DNA from: a bacterium
GTDB taxonomy: Bacteria > Bacillota_I > Bacilli_A > RFN20 > CAG-826
DNA: 64,000 bases
Assembly (NCBI GenBank): GCA_963617535.1
Contig: CAVEPD010000003.1
Coordinates: 28,225-92,224 of the forward strand
Reading direction: 5' to 3'
The notes below the pieces were generated by a model, which was not told where the DNA came from, did no database searches, and was given only the letters and a program-made list of their open reading frames with translations. Within the stretch, counting starts at the first letter, position 1; each line of letters starts with the position of its first letter. Position numbers and translations under genes: made by a program. Shown one piece after another: positions 28,327 through 33,165 of this stretch.

Positions 28327-28362
28327 GGCCGGGTGACTTTCAAAAAATTGTTTGCCCAGAGG

Positions 28363-28908
28363 CTAAAAAGGCAAGTCTTCTTCAAATTGGGCTTCTTCCG
28401 CTTCGTCCAGTCTTTGTAGTTGCTTTGCCGCGGCATTCAAGATGTTCTTTTTAACTATTTCGGCATCAGGGTAATCCCCTGATTTGGCGTTGAATCTTTC
28501 CAATTCGAAATAAAGGTCTTTCAACGCTTTCGCATGTTTGGAAACGACTAGGTAGGCCCCTTCTACATAGCCACTTTCTCTTCGATTGAAATAGCCGCGC
28601 ATTTCAAAAATTCCATATTCTATTAAAGCGGCGAAACAATTAACCATTGCCTCTGGCTTGCTGTGAGCGGTTGCGACGGGGCGCATTGAAGAAGGCCCGT
28701 AATAAAGGCTATCAAGAGTGATGCCTAATCCTTCCGCAATTCGCGCCAGAGTGATTGTGTTAGGTATTTTTCTTCCGTTTTCGTATTCGGAAAGCTGACT
28801 TTTGCTCATCTCGATTTTACTTGCGAAACCGGACTTGGACAGCCCTAGATTTTCCCGGCATCTTTGGATATTAGATCCTATTCTTTTGCCAACGTCGTCT
28901 TCGTTCAT
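28363..28908 (-). CDS. XRE-family HTH transcriptional regulator with an uncharacterised C-terminal domain of about 110 aa
   Basis: LGLSKSGFASKIEMSKSQLSEYENGRKIPNTITLARIAEGLGITLDSLY is a canonical HTH_3/XRE segment. ACGGAGG SD. The gene is AT-richer than the flanks. Confidence 0.85.
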   Translation of the reverse strand: MNEDDVGKRIGSNIQRCRENLGLSKSGFASKIEMSKSQLSEYENGRKIPNTITLARIAEGLGITLDSLYYGPSSMRPVATAHSKPEAMVNCFAALIEYGIFEMRGYFNRRESGYVEGAYLVVSKHAKALKDLYFELERFNAKSGDYPDAEIVKKNILNAAAKQLQRLDEAEEAQFEEDLPF

Positions 28909-29096
28909 GGATAACCTCCGTTTTACTTTAAGTATTATCCATACCGAACCCCTTGTTTCCTAATGAGAGAACGGAATTTTTTATAAATAAGCAAAAAAGT
29001 ATCGATACAGTGCTGTTTATTTTTTTATAAAATATAAATAACCATCCCGAAAATTCGCTTGGACAACAGGCCAAAAGAAAGGAGTTTGTATTTTGC

Positions 29097-29366
29097 TTAT
29101 TTTGAAACAAGGAAATCTACCCATTCCTCAAAAGTGAACTGCACCTTGCTCATTCCCTTAACGAAGATGTCCAAATAGCCTTTTAGATATTCTTTTTCCT
29201 GCTCTGTGTCGAAGGTCTCTTGAGGATAGTTGTCTTTCAAAAGCCAAAGAGTCATGATCCACATGGCTTTTTCTTTTTCGCTAAGCGACTTGGACGACTC
29301 GAAACTTTCATTCCCAAATTCTTTGGTGATGTTGTTCCTATATTTTTCTGCTATGTCAATTTTCAT
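29097..29366 (-). CDS. 89-aa acidic protein, candidate immunity/antitoxin partner (copy 1)
   Basis: Start overlaps the upstream ART-like gene stop by 11 nt. Glu/Asp/Lys-rich, no TM segment or signal peptide. An identical second copy lies at 30264-30533. Confidence 0.7.
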   Translation of the reverse strand: MKIDIAEKYRNNITKEFGNESFESSKSLSEKEKAMWIMTLWLLKDNYPQETFDTEQEKEYLKGYLDIFVKGMSKVQFTFEEWVDFLVSK

Positions 29367-30033
29367 GGTTTTTGTTTCCTAAGATTTTAACTTTGATGCG
29401 TTTGAATTTTAATCCATTCCAAACGCAATTCGTGATTTCTTCGATTTGGTAGAGAGGAGCCGTTATAAGTATTTCTTTTTCTGAGGCGTTATTTGAAATT
29501 CCCTCTATAGGGAGAGCGTTATAACCCTTTGGAAGTTTACAACAAAACACTATGCCTACCTCGTCTTCGCTTCTAGTCTTCGCGGCGCTCACAGCTCTTA
29601 AATAGGTTCGGCTCGTGGAACATATCAAAGAGCCCTCTGTAGGGAGGTCGAGCAAAAATCTGAGCAAGAAATTCTTTTCATAAACTTCTCGCGGTACGGT
29701 TATTCCGCGATAAGAGAGGACGGAGGATTTCAATTTGTGCTTTGAAATAGCTGAGATGAGACAATCTTTGAGTTTTTCGTCGGATTTCGACATTCTGTTT
29801 TCTCTGATCGCCTTGTTTAAAGCTTTTCCGATTCGAATATCTGTGTATTGATTGACTGAACTGAATTCTTCTTTGGAAAGAACGCTGAGCAACTCGCTCT
29901 TTGAACAGGATTCTGAGGCTAAGTAGTCGCTCGCTGTATCGTCTTTTGCGTATTGACCGCTTCTTTCGCCATTTCCTTTCGGGACGTAAGATTGCAGCTT
30001 GTTCCCGCCGCCTTTTTTTAAGCTGTCAGCCAT
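29356..30033 (-). CDS. ADP-ribosyltransferase-like protein (R-S-E class, C3/VIP2/iota-like signature), copy 1
   Basis: 225 aa from ATG 30033, with AAAGGAGGTG SD 7 nt upstream. Carries NQYTDIRIGKALNKAIRE (YTxxxxxxxxNxxxR helix), SYRG (R109), CSTS (S139-T-S) and SEKE (E185-x-E187, nt 29481-29473). No signal peptide or trafficking domain. Confidence 0.75.
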   Translation of the reverse strand: MADSLKKGGGNKLQSYVPKGNGERSGQYAKDDTASDYLASESCSKSELLSVLSKEEFSSVNQYTDIRIGKALNKAIRENRMSKSDEKLKDCLISAISKHKLKSSVLSYRGITVPREVYEKNFLLRFLLDLPTEGSLICSTSRTYLRAVSAAKTRSEDEVGIVFCCKLPKGYNALPIEGISNNASEKEILITAPLYQIEEITNCVWNGLKFKRIKVKILGNKNHEN

Positions 30034-30263
30034 TGGAACCACCTCCTTTAGGGTGCTTGAGATTTGCTACGATCACATTCTAAAAAAAGGAAAAATTTCG
30101 ATGTAGTCACGAGAATATCGAATTGCAATTCGCTATTTTGGTTCAGTTTTCGGAAATGTGGTTTCACTATTTGGCGAAGTGGTTCGCAACTGCTGAACAA
30201 CCGTTTATGATGCGTTCCCCAAACATTGGACAAAAGGCCAAAAGGAAGGAGTTTGTATTTTGC

Positions 30264-30533
30264 TTATTTTGAAACAAGGAAATCTACCCATTCCTCAAAA
30301 GTGAACTGCACCTTGCTCATTCCCTTAACGAAGATGTCCAAATAGCCTTTTAGATATTCTTTTTCCTGCTCTGTGTCGAAGGTCTCTTGAGGATAGTTGT
30401 CTTTCAAAAGCCAAAGAGTCATGATCCACATGGCTTTTTCTTTTTCGCTAAGCGACTTGGACGACTCGAAACTTTCATTCCCAAATTCTTTGGTGATGTT
30501 GTTCCTATATTTTTCTGCTATGTCAATTTTCAT
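30264..30533 (-). CDS. 89-aa acidic protein, candidate immunity/antitoxin partner (copy 2)
   Basis: Protein identical to copy 1. Same 11-nt overlap with the upstream gene. Confidence 0.7.
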   Translation of the reverse strand: MKIDIAEKYRNNITKEFGNESFESSKSLSEKEKAMWIMTLWLLKDNYPQETFDTEQEKEYLKGYLDIFVKGMSKVQFTFEEWVDFLVSK

Positions 30534-31200
30534 GGTTTTTGTTTCCTAAGATTTTAACTTTGATGCGTTTGAATTTTAATCCATTCCAAACGCAATTCGT
30601 GATTTCTTCGATTTGGTAGAGAGGAGCCGTTATAAGTATTTCTTTTTCTGAGGCGTTATTTGAAATTCCCTCTATAGGGAGAGCGTTATAACCCTTTGGA
30701 AGTTTACAACAAAACACTATGCCTACCTCGTCTTCGCTTCTAGTCTTCGCGGCGCTCACAGCTCTTAAATAGGTTCGGCTCGTGGAACATATCAAAGAGC
30801 CCTCTGTAGGGAGGTCGAGCAAAAATCTGAGCAAGAAATTCTTTTCATAAACTTCTCGCGGTACGGTTATTCCGCGATAAGAGAGGACGGAGGATTTCAA
30901 TTTGTGCTTTGAAATAGCTGAGATGAGACAATCTTTGAGTTTTTCGTCGGATTTCGACATTCTGTTTTCTCTGATCGCCTTGTTTAAAGCTTTTCCGATT
31001 CGAATATCTGTGTATTGATTGACTGAACTGAATTCTTCTTTGGAAAGAACGCTGAGCAACTCGCTCTTTGAACAGGATTCTGAGGCTAAGTAGTCGCTCG
31101 CTGTATCGTCTTTTGCGTATTGACCGCTTCTTTCGCCATTTCCTTTCGGGACGTAAGATTGCAGCTTGTTCCCGCCGCCTTTTTTTAAGCTGTCAGCCAT
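30523..31200 (-). CDS. ADP-ribosyltransferase-like protein, copy 2
   Basis: Protein identical to copy 1. Same SD and ATG context. Confidence 0.75.
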   Translation of the reverse strand: MADSLKKGGGNKLQSYVPKGNGERSGQYAKDDTASDYLASESCSKSELLSVLSKEEFSSVNQYTDIRIGKALNKAIRENRMSKSDEKLKDCLISAISKHKLKSSVLSYRGITVPREVYEKNFLLRFLLDLPTEGSLICSTSRTYLRAVSAAKTRSEDEVGIVFCCKLPKGYNALPIEGISNNASEKEILITAPLYQIEEITNCVWNGLKFKRIKVKILGNKNHEN

Positions 31201-31537
31201 TGGAACCACCTCCTTTAGGGTGCTTGAGATTTGCTACGATCACATTCTAAAAAAAGGAAAAATTTCGATGTAGTCACGAGAATATCGAATTGCAATTCGC
31301 TATTTTGGTTCAGTTTTCGGAAATGTGGTTTCACTATTTGGCTAAGTGGTTCGCAACTGCTGAACAACCGTTTATCGAGAAGGTTAATCGATTGTGATAT
31401 GCGTATTTTGGATAACGGGGCGTTTACGATTTAGACAAAGAACCAGTTTGAAATATGTTTGGCTTTTTGGGAACGCGAAAAGCGTTTTCTTTCGACTCGT
31501 TCTTTCTTGGAAGGCCCTTTTGATTTACCATTCTCGC

Positions 31538-32944
31538 ATGGCAAAAAAGAAGACCTCTCCAAGCAAAAGTGGCTTGACCAAAAAACAGAAAAAGGAAATC
31601 GCGAAAGCGGCGAAGAAGAACCCCGTCGCTGCGATTATCATCGTGATTGCGGTGGTGGCAATCGTCGGCGTGGCAGCTTTCTTCCTTTTGAAAAACAAGC
31701 CATGGGAGAGTGGTGGCACTTCTAGCGATTCTCAAACTAGCGTTTCCCTAAGAAGCGAAGAGTCCACATCTGGGCAAGAAGTGGTTTCCTACGTCGAAGG
31801 CGACTGCGACCCCATCTCGATCCATTTTATTGATAGACAAGAGCAATACTCCGGCGACTCGGTATATATCAAAGTAGGGGACAACGATATTTTAATCGAC
31901 GCTGGCGCGAGAAAGGGAAGTGCGAAAGCAATCGAAACATATTTGGAAGATTCCTCTAGAAGCGATTACGTCTCCGATAACAAGCTTGAATACGTGATCA
32001 CCACACACGCCCACCAGGATCACATCGCAGGCATGATGGGAACTTCGAAAACGGGGATTCTCTATCGTTACAAAGTCGACAACCTCATCGATTTCTCTTA
32101 CGTGGACGCTCAGGATGGCAAGAACGTCATCAATAACGCGGATCCTTCGAATTCCAACGACGATTCCCGCTTCGTCTCGTATGAAGGGACCTATACCTCG
32201 GGCTCCAGCAACAAGAGCAATCCCAATTCTACGGGTCTCTATAAAGATTATGTTGAAGCAAGGAACTACGCGATTGAAAAAGGAACCACCTGGCATACCG
32301 CTGGGGAACTTTGCAATTCCTCCACGGATTATTCTTATACCGTCACCCTTGGAAAAGGCGTGACGATGACCCTTCTTTACTCTTTCTTCTATGACCACAC
32401 CTCCGCGGAGATAACCTCCTTGGAAAGTAGCTACAAACGCTCGAACTTCTCGGATCAAAACGATTACTCCGTATGCCTTCTCTTTACCCAGGGGAGCAGA
32501 CATTTCCTTTTCACCGGGGACGCGGAAGCCTATGCCGAGCATAGCCTTGTGAAATACAACAATCTTCCTAATGTCGACCTTTTCAAAGCGGGACACCATG
32601 GCTCTTATACCGCTTCTAGCGATGAGCTTCTTGACGCCGTGGACCCCGATTTATGTGTCGTCACCTGCTGCGCGGGCAACAAGGAGTACGCTAGCGATGC
32701 CAATCACACTTTCCCTGCGCAGGAATTCATTAACCGCATCGCGAAGCACACCGACAGGGTCTACGTGACGACCCTTGGCTCCTTTGAGGACAAGAGCCAT
32801 TACGAGGCTTTCAACGGGAATGTTGTGGTGAGCTACGACCCTTCTTGCGCGGAGACCCTCACTTGCTCGAACAACCAGACGAAGCTAAAAGACAGCGCTT
32901 GGTTCAAGGCAAATCGGACTTGTCCAGAGCAATGGGCCTCCTGA
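31538..32944 (+). CDS. membrane-anchored MBL-fold metallo-hydrolase, ComEC C-terminal-domain-like
   Basis: Lys-rich N-terminus plus one TM segment (VAAIIIVIAVVAIVGVAAFFLL). HAHQDHIAGM (HxHxDH), FTGDAE and KAGHHGS motifs as in the ComEC MBL domain. The ORF-track start at 31394 is rejected. Confidence 0.8.
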   Translation: MAKKKTSPSKSGLTKKQKKEIAKAAKKNPVAAIIIVIAVVAIVGVAAFFLLKNKPWESGGTSSDSQTSVSLRSEESTSGQEVVSYVEGDCDPISIHFIDRQEQYSGDSVYIKVGDNDILIDAGARKGSAKAIETYLEDSSRSDYVSDNKLEYVITTHAHQDHIAGMMGTSKTGILYRYKVDNLIDFSYVDAQDGKNVINNADPSNSNDDSRFVSYEGTYTSGSSNKSNPNSTGLYKDYVEARNYAIEKGTTWHTAGELCNSSTDYSYTVTLGKGVTMTLLYSFFYDHTSAEITSLESSYKRSNFSDQNDYSVCLLFTQGSRHFLFTGDAEAYAEHSLVKYNNLPNVDLFKAGHHGSYTASSDELLDAVDPDLCVVTCCAGNKEYASDANHTFPAQEFINRIAKHTDRVYVTTLGSFEDKSHYEAFNGNVVVSYDPSCAETLTCSNNQTKLKDSAWFKANRTCPEQWAS

Positions 32945-32959
32945 TCGCTTCTGCTTTGA

Positions 32960-33150
32960 AATCTTTCCTACCCCTTCCGTAGGAAGAAGGAGTATATTTC
33001 TCACGTATCGGGAACTTGCCATTCCCCCTTATGCGGGCAATGCCGCCGTGGCTTCGCGCTAAGAAGCAAAAATGAGTGCACCTTGTGGTGAAGAAGGATG
33101 GTACCGCGCGAGAGCGTTCCTTCGTCAAGCGGGGTGTTTTATTTTCCCCG
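32960..33150 (+). promoter_or_regulatory. T-box leader upstream of alaS
   Basis: T-box core GGATGGTACCGCG at 33096-33108. Canonical antiterminator: GAAGAAGGA (33090-98), 7-nt bulge TGGTACC, GCGC-GAGA-GCG hairpin, TTCCTTCGTC (33117-26). T-run at 33137-45. Sits directly 5' of an aminoacyl-tRNA ligase gene. Confidence 0.65.
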
Positions 33151-33165
33151 GGAGGTAGAAAGCAA

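Larger units (their letters stand above)
29059..31375. repeat. direct tandem duplication, period 1167 bp (two 1150-bp copies, 29059-30208 and 30226-31375, separated by 17 bp)
   Basis: By eye the two copies are identical across both CDSs. I found only 3 substitutions, all near the unit edges: 29067 vs 30234, 29078 vs 30245 and 30164 vs 31331. Confidence 0.95.

Noticed and set aside
28928-29110. 60-aa minus-strand ORF in the XRE promoter spacer
   Set aside because: It is an AT-rich intergenic sequence with a hydrophobic nonsense-like translation, and it overlaps the end of the small gene. No SD.
30048-30233. 61-aa minus-strand ORF in the spacer between the two cassettes
   Set aside because: It exists only because of the duplication junction, since its start lies in the 17-bp joint. 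It has no SD and no counterpart upstream of copy 2. It overlaps the likely promoter and operator region.
31472-31492. Orphan plus-strand terminator-like hairpin AACGC-GAAAA-GCGTT followed by a T-run, between the island and the MBL gene
   Set aside because: The stem is only 5 bp and there is no credible plus-strand gene upstream to terminate. It could be a relic or coincidental, so I did not call it as a feature.
31231-31537. Plus-strand ORFs 31231-31434, and the 31394 extension of the MBL hydrolase ORF
   Set aside because: They lie antisense to or within the ART promoter region, use non-ATG starts and lack an SD. The MBL protein has a natural Lys-rich N-terminus and TM anchor starting at ATG 31538.
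28363-31537. Interpretation of the island as a prophage, IS or integrative element
   Set aside because: I could find no integrase, recombinase, transposase or phage structural genes, no terminal inverted repeats and no flanking direct repeats (att-like). Only the compositional shift and the XRE gene hint at foreign origin, so it is reported as an accessory island and not as a mobile element.
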